NCBI GenBank assembly: GCA_001179505.1
Contig: CDMY01000263.1
Span: forward strand, 1-64,000
Direction of reading: 5' to 3'
DNA from: Vitrella brassicaformis CCMP3155
Lineage: Eukaryota; Protista; Chromerida
Length of the DNA: 64,000 nucleotides
Made by a program: the position numbers and the translations under genes. This document shows, piece after piece, positions 12,401-24,712 of the stretch. Position 1 is the first letter of the stretch. Every line of letters begins with the position of its first letter. Under the pieces are notes generated by a model that was not told where the DNA came from, made no database searches, and saw only the letters and a list, made by a program, of their open reading frames with translations.

Positions 12401-15400
12401 CACTTCCTCCTCTGCATGGCCCTCTGCCAAGACGTCACACCTGAGGGCGACCAGGGCTTCCTCATCTACTCGGTGGGTGGGAATTGGACACATGCCCCCC
12501 ACACAGAAAAACAGATGGGTGTACAAGTGTGTGTCTGTGTTTGTGGTTGTCCAGGGTTTGTCCCCTGATGAGGTGTGCCTGGTCGATGCAGCGAGACAAA
12601 TGGGCTACACATTCTGGAGTGAGTAGCAATCACATATCAGACACACACACACACATTCTACATCTGTGCTTCGTGTGTGTGTTGCAGGGCGGACAGACGA
12701 GCACCTAACGCTACAGATCCGGCACGGCTCCAAAACCAAGGAGTTCGACCTGCTGCGGCTGATCAAGTTCTCCAACTCCAGGAAACGATCCTCCGTCATC
12801 GTCAGGGACCCAGACACACAAATCATTACGCTCTACAGCAAAGGTGAGTATACACACAAGTCCATCCATCCATCCATCCATGTATATGTACGTGTTGATG
12901 CCTACAGGTGCGGATGACGTGATGCTGCCGCAGTGCCCGGCCCATTTGTCCCACTTTGTGCCGCGCATCGAGGCTGCGGTGGACACCTACTCCAAGCTGG
13001 GCCTCCGCACTCTCTGCCTCGGGTGCAAAACCATCGAAGTAAGACACACTGACACACACACGACCCCTTCACGTGATAAACACACAGGTGGAGAAAGCAA
13101 TGCATCCACCTGCGTGTATGTGTCTGTGTGAACAGCCCAGCTATTGGGAGGAGTGGAGGAGAAAGGCTCAAGGTGGGTGAGAGTTGGTTGATCCATGCCA
13201 CACTGCTCATACTCGCGTGCGTGTGTGTTGGTCAGTTGCCGGGACGATTTTGGAGCCGAAGGAGAAGGACCGGCAGCTCAACGACGTATGCACTGCACAG
13301 ACGCAAACACACGCACACACATATCCAGATGGACTCCCGTGTAATGTAAATGCGCATCTCTTTCTCTCTGTGTGTGTGTTGATCTGACCCATCGCACCGA
13401 TCAGTTGTACAGTGAGATCGAGTTGGGTTGCATGTTGCTGTCGGCCACGGGCACTGAGGACAAGATCCAAAACGGCGTTCCCGAGTGCATCGAGCGACTC
13501 AGGATGGCTAACATATCCGTCTGGATGATCACCGGTCCGGTAGTGCCAACACATGATCCGCCAGCACAGCACGGCAACACACACACACGTACACGCGTCG
13601 CTTGCCGTTGTCTGTTCCCTTTTTGCTGTGCAGGTGACAAGCTCGACACAGCAGTGGAGATCGCCAAGTCGTGTCGGCTGCTGGACATGCAGGAGATGCG
13701 CGTCGACATCGTCGACGCGCCGAACAAACACCAAACCAAGTGAGGGACCACACCGCCACCAACCAACCAACCACCACACGGCACGGACAAGCATTAATTA
13801 TACCGCAATATCGTCATGTCTGTCTGTTTGCAGGGCGATACTGATGCCATTGCGCCCAGCTGATGACGGCAAGTACGCCATAGTGATCAGCGGTCGGTCG
13901 CTGGAGCAGGTGTTCCGGGACCCTGAAATGACCGAACACTTCTTCCACCACACTGTCTCGTAAGCAAAGCAGCCAAACACACACCATGCCATGCACACAT
14001 GTACTTCTTTCTTGCCGTTGCATTCAGTTGTGCGGCCGCTGTGGTTTGTCGCGCAACGAAGTCGCAGAAGGCCGAGGTCGTGCACCTCATCAAAGTAAGC
14101 AGGGAGGCATGGAGGGATGGAGGGATGGAAGCAGACGGACATCGAATGCGCGTATGGTGCGTTGCGTTGCGTGTGTGTGTGTCGATCAGAGTCGCATGCC
14201 TGAGGTGATAACTCTGTCCATCGGGGATGGTGCCAACGATGTGCCAATGCTCAAAGTAAGTCATTTAAATAAGGAGAGGAAAGAGACACCTGACCTGCAC
14301 GGATGCATTCCTACATCTCTGTGTGTGTGTGTGTGTGTGTATATGTGATTTGTTGGTTTCAGGAGGCGCACGTTGGCATCGGCGTCTTCGGCAAAGAAGG
14401 TGAGGAGCCTGCCGACCCGACTCGACCTCCCAGTGGACGGACAAGCCTGGCTTGACACACACTATCTTTGTGCCATGCATGCCTCTTGAGTGCAGGCAAC
14501 CAGGCTGTGCAGAACAGCGACTACGCCATTGCACAGTTCAGGTTCCTGGAGAGGCTCCTCTTCGTCCACGGACGGTAAGTAAATGAAACAACGAATGAAT
14601 GAGGCCCACATGCACGGACACACACACACTGGTGTGCGCCTGCAGGTGGTCGTACGTTCGTTTGGCCAAGCTGATATCCTATTTCTTTTACAAGAACATC
14701 ACGTATACCGTGCCGCAGTTCCTTTTCGGATTCTACTCGGGTCTGACAGTGCAGTGGACACGGACACAGACGGGGACACCTGTGCAGTGCACAAGTGTGT
14801 GTGTGTGGTTGGCTTGGCATGCAGCCTATTCTGCCAAGTCGTTTTACGACGACTGGTACATCGCCACCTACAACTTCCTCTTCACCTCTCTGCCCGTCCT
14901 CGCCATGGGCATGTTCGGTCAGCAACACAACACCATCACATCACACAGCCGGCCATGCAATCCATTCGTTGATGTGATGTGATGTGATGTGATGTGTGTG
15001 TGCAGAGCAGGATGTGAATCCCGACATGGGCGAGGAGATCCGGCGAGAGTATCCGAAGTTTTATTCGGTTGGGCAGCGCAATCTGCTCTTCAACCGTCAC
15101 TGTATACTGCTCTCGTGGACACAGGTACCGTACCACGCAGACAAACAACGACCGCAATACGGCTGGCTGCTCACGGCCGCCATGTGTGTGGTTTGGTTTG
15201 GTTTGCAGGGTTTTGCTCATTCGTTTGTGTGTTTCTTCATCGCCATGTACGGCCTGGGCGACATCGTACACTACAGGGGTCACACCGAAGGTGAGGTACA
15301 CACAGGCATACCAACATAGAGAGATAGCACATGTTGATGGATGGAGGGATGGATGGGTGTGTGGGTGTGTTTGTGTGGATTCTCAGACTTTTGGTACCAC

Positions 15401-15830
15401 AGTTTGTTGACTTACATGTCGTGCGTGTGCGTCGTCACCGTCAACGTTCTCATACGAATGAGGTGCATGGGGTGGGAGGGAGGGGGAGATGACCACATAC
15501 ATATCATCCATCCACCTAATTGACAAACGAGTATGCCTGCCCGACCCGACGTGTGTCTCCCGGCATATATCAGGCACTGGTCGTGGATCTTCATTCTCAC
15601 AATCGTTGGTACGCCTCACACACACACACGTGATGTGTGTGTTCGCATACCTTTGTGTTCATTCACCGTCCTCGTGTGTGTGTGTGTGTGTGTGTGTGCA
15701 GCCTCCATTTTGGTGTATTTCTTTTGGATGATGGTGTACGACCTAATCGACTTCAATACCGCCTACCGACACGTACATACCCACTTCGGAATGTTGACAC
15801 ACACACAGACGCCCAATCCACGACCTGCGT

Positions 15831-15863
<33 letters not shown>

Positions 15864-16703
15864 CAGGCGACCGCTTTGGTGCAGCTGCCGTCCTTTTGGC
15901 TGAGCTTCCTCCTCATCCTCGCCGTCACGTCCATGTCCCACTTCGGTACGCACCGATATCTCACACACACACACAGACACTAACAGCTACACCTGTATGT
16001 ATGTATGGGTGTGTTTTCTGTTTGTATGGGTGTGTTGTCTGTTTCATGCAGGCTTCACTTCCTATATGCGGTGGTTCCACCCCACGGTCGTGGACGTGTA
16101 CCAAGAGCTGCAGCACAAGGAGCGAAGAGAGCAAGCCAAAAAGGGTACGGTACGCAAGACGAGACAGCACAGCACAGCAACGAAGATTTCCGTGCTCTCT
16201 CGACCGCTGTCCATCATTCAGAGGGCGATGAGGAGCCGCCCACGATGCTCGGCAACATGGCCCCCTTCAATCGTGGTCTGTCCGAGGTGACGGTCGACAA
16301 CCCCAACGACACGACCCACACGTCATCCCACACGCACCCGAGCCACCCAAGCCACCGTATGCGGCCTCCCCCGCCCTTCAACGGCGACAGGTGCCGCACC
16401 GACATGGACGGCATGGGCGGGCCGGAGGACGACCTCAATGAGGGAAACGTCAGGGTCAAACCCCTCTCGGAACTGCCTGTCGGTGGGGAGGGAATCGGAG
16501 CTATCTCGCCGGGACCAGGTCTGTCTGTCAGAGGCAAGACAAAGAAACACAGAGAGACGACCAGTTGAGTATTCTCGATGGATGTGTGTGTGTGTGTGTG
16601 TATGTTGTATGGATGTGTGGGTGCAGTATGGCCCAGGATTGGTGTGGGTGCCGAGAGTTCACGGGGGAGGGAAAGGGACGACGGCGGCCTGGGACTCACA
16701 TGA
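9463..16703 (+). CDS. P4-type ATPase, phospholipid flippase (>25 exons)
   Basis: [15 protein letters not shown], spliced [76 protein letters not shown] and YFFYKN. The start is uncertain (an upstream exon is possible). Confidence 0.96.
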
Positions 16704-17713
16704 GCACGCCATGGGCGTGGCGTCTCCGCTGTGTAATTCATTCTTTTCTTTCTTTGCTGACTGACTGATGCTGTCTGTTTTCTTCTGCTTCACTTGCTCC
16801 ATGTCGATCTCTCTGACGCCGGCAGCAGCTGACTTGCTACGCAGCTGACTGTTTGGCGGACCATAGATGGATGCACACATAGTGGAGACGCTGCCTGCCT
16901 GTCTGTGTGGCTGACTGAGGCCCTAGCCACCTCATCCATCCATCCATCCAGGTCAGGCAGCCGGCCACGTGAGCTGAGGGACATCTTGTTTTGGTGCGGG
17001 CTGGGTTGTTCCCTCCTTGACTTACTTACCTAGGCAGGCAGGCAGGCAGGAATGCAATGCTGCATGAATGCATGACCGCATGGCATGAATGTGCTACTCC
17101 TTCCATCCATCCATCCATCTGAGTCGCTCGCTCGCTGTAATTGTCGATGAATGAATGAACGAAGATGTCTGTCTGACTCGTCCCTCCCTAACGCTGTGGA
17201 TCGAGGTGATTGACTGAATGTATGAGGGATGGATGGTGTTCATCATCCAATGAATATATAAAGTGTCCGTACTTACCATCATGCAGAAAAGCAATTAAAC
17301 TCACTCAACAGATGAATGTAGCCGGCTGCCGGATGCGATAAAATGCACTCACACAGACAACAGATACACAGAATTACTGTATACACACCAAGGAAGGATG
17401 GTCTAAAGAGCGAGTCGACCACACCAGAGGCACTGTGTCGCCGCACATAGACACACAGATACACAGACAGTCCATGTGCCCTCTCCTTCCCTTCCCTCTG
17501 TCTCTCCCTCTCCACCAGCCATGACGCACACCGCCAAAGATACAGCACTGACCTACACTGACTGACCTACACTGACCTGCCTGCTCCTCCCCAATCCGTC
17601 AGCCAGGCAGGCAGGCCTCGGAACAATCACTCACTCAGCCACTGCCGGTCGACGTGCTGGCCGACGCCTGAAAGCCAACCAGGGAGGTCACAGGAAACCA
17701 AAATGAACGAAAT

Positions 17714-18327
17714 TTAGTGAACCCAACTTCTCTCCTGTCTGGCTTCCGTCTCATCCAGCTGTCTGTCTGTCTGCCTCACCCGCTGCAGTGCGTAGATTTC
17801 CATGTCCACACACGTGAAGGTCTGCGCAGCAGCCAAGGTGGGCCCATCCGCTGGTGTCGTCGTAGCTGCCTCTGTATGTCTTGCCGGTGGGCAGCTCGTC
17901 TCTCTCCATCCACTGGCTGCAGCGACGCAGGTCCCCGGCCGGACGACCATCCGGCCCCCCGATCCCCAGCCACAGGCGGCCGCCACCGATGGCCACATAG
18001 CCGGCCACGGCAACACCGTTGGTGGCCTTGACTGCCCCCTGTGTGCGGGCGACATTCACATACTGCTGGTCGTCCGGCACTGCGATGTGTGTGATGCCGT
18101 CGGCCTCGCTGAAGGCGCCACACACCGAGTAGAGGGCCAAGGGGCACTTGGTCGTCTCCACGGCCGTGGCGTCAGCCGGCTGCTTGAGCTGTCCGTTGAG
18201 GTGGGCGGCGATGACGTGGTCGCCGGTGTCCTTGATGACCAGCAGCAGAGTGGTGGCGGTGCCCACCTTGGCCAGCATGGTGGGGTACATCCAGCCGTCA
18301 CACGCACCCCTGACACACAGCCACACA

Positions 18328-18362
<35 letters not shown>

Positions 18363-19621
18363 CGACTCAGTGACATCACCACTGCTTCTGTCTGTGTGCT
18401 GGTCACACACTTGTAGAGCAGCTTCGGCGTCGCATTGGCATTGCCCGTCATGTTGATGAGCTCCTGCAGCTTCGCAGCAGACAGGACGGGCTCGGCCGGA
18501 CGAGTCGTCGATACCTGCAGACAGACAGACAGACAGACAACGGTCCATCATAGACACATTAACTCAGCCCCCCTTCGTCGATGTCTGACTGACCTCATAC
18601 ACCTCCAGCCGCTGGGCAGTGAACAGATGGCTGCCCGCCAGAGTGGCCCGTCCGGTGGTGCTGCTGTAGCCGCCCAGGTATGTCTTGCCGGCGGGCAGCT
18701 CGTCCCTCTCCACCCAGTGGCCGCAGCTGCGCATATCGGGGCCCGGACGACAATCCACCCCATACCCCAGCCACAGGCGGCCACCGCCGATGGCCACATT
18801 GCCGCTGCTAACACCGTCGCTGCCCTTGACCGCCCCCTGTGTGGCGGCGACCTCCACAAAATGCTGGTCGTCCGGCATTGCGATGTTGACGATGCCCTCG
18901 TCCTTGAACGCACCACTGATGGAGTAGAAGGTGGTGAGGCGGCCGGTGCGCACCGCTGCTGTGGGGTCGGATGGCGCGATGAGGGGGCCGTCGATGAGGC
19001 ATGCGAGGATGTGGTGGCGAACCTCACTCTCATCACACGTGTTCGATGACTGACATGGTGCTGGCGAAACGGCCCAGACCCGAGAGAAAAAGCCCGTCAG
19101 CCAAGCGCGCAAAGCTGGCAACAGAGAGGCTGCTCGGGAGGTGAGTCGCGTCCATGACGGAGAGACGGGCCCACACTCAGCTTCGATGACGAACAGCAGG
19201 CCGCCTTTTGCACCCGCCACTCGGTCGAGCAGAGCCTCGTGCGACCAGCCATGCTGAGAACTCCTGACGCACCCACACACATGAGCAGATCCTGTCTGTT
19301 GTGTGTTCTCATTCTCTCTGCTGCGAGTGCTCACCTGAAGAGGCGGCGTATGCGGCTGTGGGATTTGCCGATCATGGTCAGGTACACACACTCCATCAGG
19401 TCGTACATCTCAAAGGCACTCAGCAGCTGCGGCCAGTCGTCGGCGATGGGGAGGGCCGTGACGGCCTCGGGGGCCAGGCGACGGCGGCGGACGAAATCCA
19501 CGACCCTGTGAGAGAGCCAGGCCAGGCCACCCACAGATGCCCTCTGTCTGCCTGTGATGTGTCGCCTTACTTCTCGAAGGTGGCCGTCGGCACACTGTCG
19601 TCGGTGACGGGTGCCGCAAAC

Positions 19622-19655
<34 letters not shown>

Positions 19656-20347
19656 GAGTCCATACTGCGCCGTTTCCCTCCTCCTCATTTGCCCCAACTC
19701 ACTCGGTGAATCGTCTGCCGAAGGTGTCGAGTCCCGCCAGAGTGGCGTCCGTCGTGGAAACAGTCGTGCCATGGACAACGGCACTCAGCACCTTATAGCC
19801 GCCCGTCCCTCTGGCCGCCGATGACTTGATGAAGCGGCCCATCACCGCCATGAAGTTCTGGAAGGCCTCACTGCCCTGGTCGTTCTGTGGCGTCATACTG
19901 AGTGTCGTCTTGGCGAAGAACAGGTCGTGGTAGAAGGCCTTGACGGGGCAGTCGTCAGAGAACAGCTTGATGTCGTCGATCCAGCCCGCCTTGAGAAAAC
20001 CCAACTTGACATCCAACCTGACACACACAGATGGAGAGAGTCAGACACGCGGCCAGTGGATGGATGTCAATCAAACAACATGGGCTGCTTCCCGCCCACC
20101 AGATGAAGTAGTGCGGGTTTGCGTCGATGAAGGTGATGCCGTCGGTGTCCTCGAGCAGCGACTCATCAAAGCGGTGAAACAACACAGCCAGGCGTGTGTC
20201 CTTGAGGCCATCTTGCAGCAGCACTTCACGAGGGAACTCCATGGTGCAGCCGCCCACGTTGATCCGCCAGGGCTTGTCTGCTTGAGTGCCGCTGCTTTCT
20301 GGCGCGTCCTTGGCAGTGACAGGTGGCTCACCGGAGGGATCCTTCAT
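17714..20347 (-). CDS. BTB/POZ-like + tandem TLDc-like domain protein; second TLDc copy has a +1 frameshift near its end
   Basis: KCTD-type BTB start (INVGG...FIDANPHYF). Two homologous domains contain HGWS or DGWM, LLFVI or LLLVI, GGGRLWLG and LEVY or MEIY, matching the TLDc pattern. Confidence 0.75.
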
Positions 20348-20568
20348 GGCTGAACCTTTTTTCCTCACGCAGTGGGATGATTGATGGTAGTGAATGTCGA
20401 AAGCAGCCGGCTCGTGCTTCTTTGAAGAGGCTGAATCAATCGTCGAACGTCACTCATTCATTCGCGCTGATCGTGATGGAGGCGAGCTCGCGGGAGAAGC
20501 AAATGAAAAGCACGGCAAGCGAATATCATTCCTCCGTTGCCGATGATCTTGATTAGGACAGACAAACG

Positions 20569-22511
20569 ATGACCTCTCCGCACGCTCGACGTGATTTTGG
20601 GTCTTTCCACTCATCGAATGGTACGGATACACAGACTGGATAGCATGGCAAGATCTCTTCAGCCACTACAGCATATGTGCTGCGTTGCATTCAGTCGAGG
20701 AGCTCCTTGCCGTCCCTGTATCAGAGTGGCGGCGGCTGCTGCCCTTCCCCGACCCCGCAGAGGCCTTCTTCATCAGTGGGGCTGCACACCAATGCGACGC
20801 CAGCACGCTGAAGGCCACACATTTCTTCTTGGAGGAGGAATTCACCTTCATCAATCACGGGGCGTTCGGTGCGGTGCTGCGGCCGGTGATGGCGCAGGCC
20901 ACCGCGTGGCGGGAGCACATGGAGGGGCAGCCCGTCCGCTTCGTCGACCGCCGATTCTTCCTGCACTATGTCGATGTCGTGCGGCAGATGGCGACCTTTG
21001 TCGATTGTGACCCTCGCGGCCTCGTGCTGGTGCCGAACGCGACGACAGCCATCAACACGGTGGTCAGGGGGCTGGTGGATAGGGGGCTGCGGCGGGTGAT
21101 CCATCTGAATGTGACGTATGGGGCCACGATGAAGCTGCTGAGGTCACTCGAGAGCGTGGAAATGCACCAGATCGACGTGACGATGCCGATTGTGTCACGG
21201 GAGGAGCTCATGGCGGGTCTGGAGCGCCAAGTGAAGGACTTGTATGACTCTGTCACCGAGGGCGGGACCACTCTATTTCTCATCGATGCCATTCCTTCCA
21301 ATCTGCCTGTGGTCTTGCCGCTGAAGGACCTCATCTCGATGGCCAAAACAGTGTGTGGCGAGGGCCTTCTGACACTGGTGGATGGTGCCCACCTGCTGTT
21401 GCAGACGGACCTGCGGATTAACACCATTGGGGCCGACTTCGTAAGTGGAGCTTATCAGGCCGGGTTGGACCACTTAGTCAAGAGTCCAAAGTATTCTCTC
21501 ATGTGTGTCTGTCAGGTGGCGTGCAACTGCCACAAGTGGCTGTGTGGTGCCAAGGGGTCGGCCTTTCTCTACGTGGCTGAGCCGCACCGGCAGCACATGC
21601 GGCCTCTGGTGGCCTCGCATGGATACCTCTCAGGATTCTCGTCAGCTTTCGCATGGACCGGTCCGCGCAGCCCGTAGACCAGACAGATACGAACCAATAG
21701 AATGGTCGTTCATGCTGCTGTTGCCCTGCCCTGCCCTGCTGATGTGTGTGTTTGTGTGCAGGCCTGCAGGACGTCGGTGCATACCTGTCGCTCGATGCAG
21801 CACTGGTGGGTAGGGGCATGGCATAACAAGGCATCAGCCGCTCAGTGCAGCAATGTCTGTGCGTGCGTGTGTGACTTCGAATGCGTGTGTGGTGGCATCA
21901 GGCATTTTGGCGAAGGATGGGCCCCCCTGCCGTGCGCGTGAGGCTCCACGGTCTCCTCGATGAGGCCACTTCGCTCCTGACATCATCCTGGCGCACATCC
22001 CTGCCAGTGCCAATTGACCTGCTCGCCACCATGGCGCTTGTCGAGCTGCCCCGAATCGACACGGCCACTCTGCGGCGGCACGTGTCGTCATACGGGGTCA
22101 ACCGAGATGCTTTCGACAGCTGTGCTGATGACGTGCGTGTGGGCGAGCTGCCGGAGGGAGACGGGATGGGGAGAGTGTATGAGTATGCTGACGCCGAGAG
22201 TGTGCAGAACTACCTTTATTGGGCGGAGGGCATCGAAGTGCCTGCAAAGAGTCTGCAAGGGTGCCTGTATGTGCGTATATCGGGTAGGGTCAGTGGGAGA
22301 GAGGGAGGGAGGGAGGGAGGAAGGGAGCGGCCAGTAGGCAGGCGTGCGTGTTGGTTGGTACTCCCTCTCTGTATCTGTGTGTGTCTGTGTGTGTCTCATG
22401 TGTGCAGTTCATGTGTACAACTGTCTGGACGACTATCGGCGGCTGGCCGATGCAGTAGCGAAGCTTTATTGGCGGTGTGAAGCTCTCCGGCGGAAAGACG
22501 GAGACCCATAG
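20569..22511 (+). CDS. Class-V PLP-dependent lyase (L-cysteine desulfhydrase / isopenicillin N epimerase / Egt2-like)
   Basis: FINHGAFG, LVPNATTAIN, LVDGAH, the PLP-lysine motif NCHKWLCGAKGSAFLYV and spliced YVRISVHVYN. The start is inferred from an in-frame exon at 20569-20620. Confidence 0.9.
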
Positions 22512-22966
22512 GAATGTAGATGTGATGTGAGCTGGTGTCCGTATGTGTGTGTGTGTGTCACCGGTGTATGAGATATCTCATCAGCCCCTCGTTGAATGAA
22601 TGCGTGTTTGCGTCATGCTGCTTGTGTGCCGTGTGGAACACAACTCATTTAGATAAATGCACAATCATCGTTCACCAGCACCCTCCGCCACATACACATG
22701 AATGAGCATAGCCCAGGCAGTCCACACCGCACAACACAACCCCTAAGCGAGAAAGCAGCACACATGTTTCAGAAAGGTGGAAGGAAGCTTCGCAGTTCAA
22801 AGAGCAGCCTCCTCAGAACAGCCAGGCTAGCCGCCTGCCTCGCTACTCACTCACATGACATGAAGCAGGCACACAAATGACATCCACAGCAGAATGACAG
22901 GCAAAATGAGCCAAAAAGACATGAGATCAGCCCACGCACTACTTCTGTGTCAGTCAGATCGGCCAC

Positions 22967-24601
22967 CTAGCTGGCCTCATCAGACAGGTGGCCGAGGACA
23001 CCCTGCTCGAGGCCAAATCGCCGCAGGAAGGCCCGGACACGGCTCATGGTCACAGGGAACCGCTGGTCGAGATTGCAGCCGTCCCCCACCGGCACCTCGG
23101 TGGTATCGATCTCGATGGTGCCGAAGGGTACCTGTCTGACAGATAAGTCCCTCCTCAAGGATATGGAAGCCACAAAGGATGCACCCCCACTCCCCTCGAG
23201 CAGGAAGACAATCATTCGCCAGTTCGTGCCGTCCGTGTAGGGCCATGTGTCGGGCTGCCGATGTAGGTCGCCAAGGTCACATAGCCGGTCAGCCACAAGC
23301 ACGCCCTCCTCAGCAGCAGCGATGATGTCGTGATTCCTGTACATTAGCCGATCATGACGCGGGTTGCCCACGTTCATCGGGACCTCAAGGAGCCTCGTTT
23401 GTTCACCGCGCTGGCCATTGAGAATGGTCTTGCTCAAGAATGCCGAGAAGGATCGATAGAGAAGGAGGCCGCAGCGGATGGGCGGGTCGGTCTTGTCGTA
23501 GTGTTGCCGATAGGGGTGCCAGCTGCACATCTCCTCCCGCAAGACAACACGGAACCGCGTCGAGCTCGTCGTTAGCCAAGGTATGGCCCGCTTCGCTGCC
23601 AGTCCTTCCAGGCGCAGCTTGAGCAGCACAGACAAGCCGCCTGCCACAATAATGGCCGAAATGAAGCCCACCAGAACCCTTCCTGCATGAACGAGGAGCA
23701 GCGCCGCCAAGCCGAGCCAGAAAGAATGCTTATTAAAAAAGTGGTCGGGATCGTTCACCACGATGGACCGGAAATGGATGAGATGGATAACCGTCAACCA
23801 TACGAACCGCGCCGTGTAGGCCAGGCTGAGCCAAAGGAGGAGCAAATCCCAGCGGCCTTCCAGCCGGTCAAGGCAGCCGGCCATGAGCATCACCTCCTCC
23901 TTGTCGGACGTCTGCTCGATCGCCATAGTGGTGGGCGTGTTGCCGGCGCCGTTCTCACCGTCGCCAATGAGAAGCGTGTTGTGGCCATTGCTGTTCCCAT
24001 TCGTGAGCGTGTGGCCGTGGGGCAGCCGAAAGAACGTCGCCGTCTTGGAGAGATAACGAGGAACCATCGACTCAGCCGACGTTACCGCTGGCAGCGGGCT
24101 GGTCGTCACCACACCACAGGCAGTTGCCAGCTGCCCCACAGCCGACATTTGGCGCCACGAACAAGTCCGCTCGATGATGTGGGCACACCGACACAGACAG
24201 ACGAAGCGCGACAGTGAAGCAGGGAGGGGCGGGACACCACCTTCATCAGTGACTCTCAGCTGATGCCTGGCCAGGGAGCTGTCGATGCGGCGGATCAGGG
24301 ACGCCTCATCCACTAGCCTGCACAGTGTCCTCCCGGCTGCGCGCACGTTGACAGCATCACCCACAGACAGCAGGGGAAACATGTTGGCAGAGTAGATGTC
24401 AGCAGGCAGCGGAACGGCAACGACAGGTCCGACGAGATCTTCGCCTCTCCCCCCTGCGTCATCGACGGATATCACCACCTCCGAGGCTGAGTCGGAGGCC
24501 GAGGGAGGCGCCTCCACATCAACACCAACTTTCCTGTACGAGTACGAGTGTCGCTTCTTGGTTCTGGTGGACCAGACCAACTTCCAACGGAACCAACTCA
24601 T
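22967..24601 (-). CDS. Vitrella-type lineage-specific family protein (F-box-like N-terminus, central TM hairpin)
   Basis: LPADIYSANMFPLLSVGDAVNVRAA F-box-like segment, one short intron near 24175-24230 and hydrophobic helices at about 23640-23860. ATG 24601 is preferred because the upstream part of the ORF overlaps MCM10 exons. Confidence 0.7.
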   Translation of the reverse strand: MSWFRWKLVWSTRTKKRHSYSYRKVGVDVEAPPSASDSASEVVISVDDAGGRGEDLVGPVVAVPLPADIYSANMFPLLSVGDAVNVRAAGRTLCRLVDEASLIRRIDSSLARHQLRVTDEGGVPPLPASLSRFVCLCRCAHIIERTCSWRQMSAVGQLATACGVVTTSPLPAVTSAESMVPRYLSKTATFFRLPHGHTLTNGNSNGHNTLLIGDGENGAGNTPTTMAIEQTSDKEEVMLMAGCLDRLEGRWDLLLLWLSLAYTARFVWLTVIHLIHFRSIVVNDPDHFFNKHSFWLGLAALLLVHAGRVLVGFISAIIVAGGLSVLLKLRLEGLAAKRAIPWLTTSSTRFRVVLREEMCSWHPYRQHYDKTDPPIRCGLLLYRSFSAFLSKTILNGQRGEQTRLLEVPMNVGNPRHDRLMYRNHDIIAAAEEGVLVADRLCDLGDLHRQPDTWPYTDGTNWRMIVFLLEGSGGASFVASISLRRDLSVRQVPFGTIEIDTTEVPVGDGCNLDQRFPVTMSRVRAFLRRFGLEQGVLGHLSDEAS

Positions 24602-24712
24602 CACAGGCACTCCGTGGGAGAAGGCAAAATCTTTCGGATTTTCCGTGAAACCGCTCTCTTGGGAAAAGCTCGCTCTTGCAAGCTTGCTTGTTGAGGAAAA
24701 GGCGAGGGCGAA

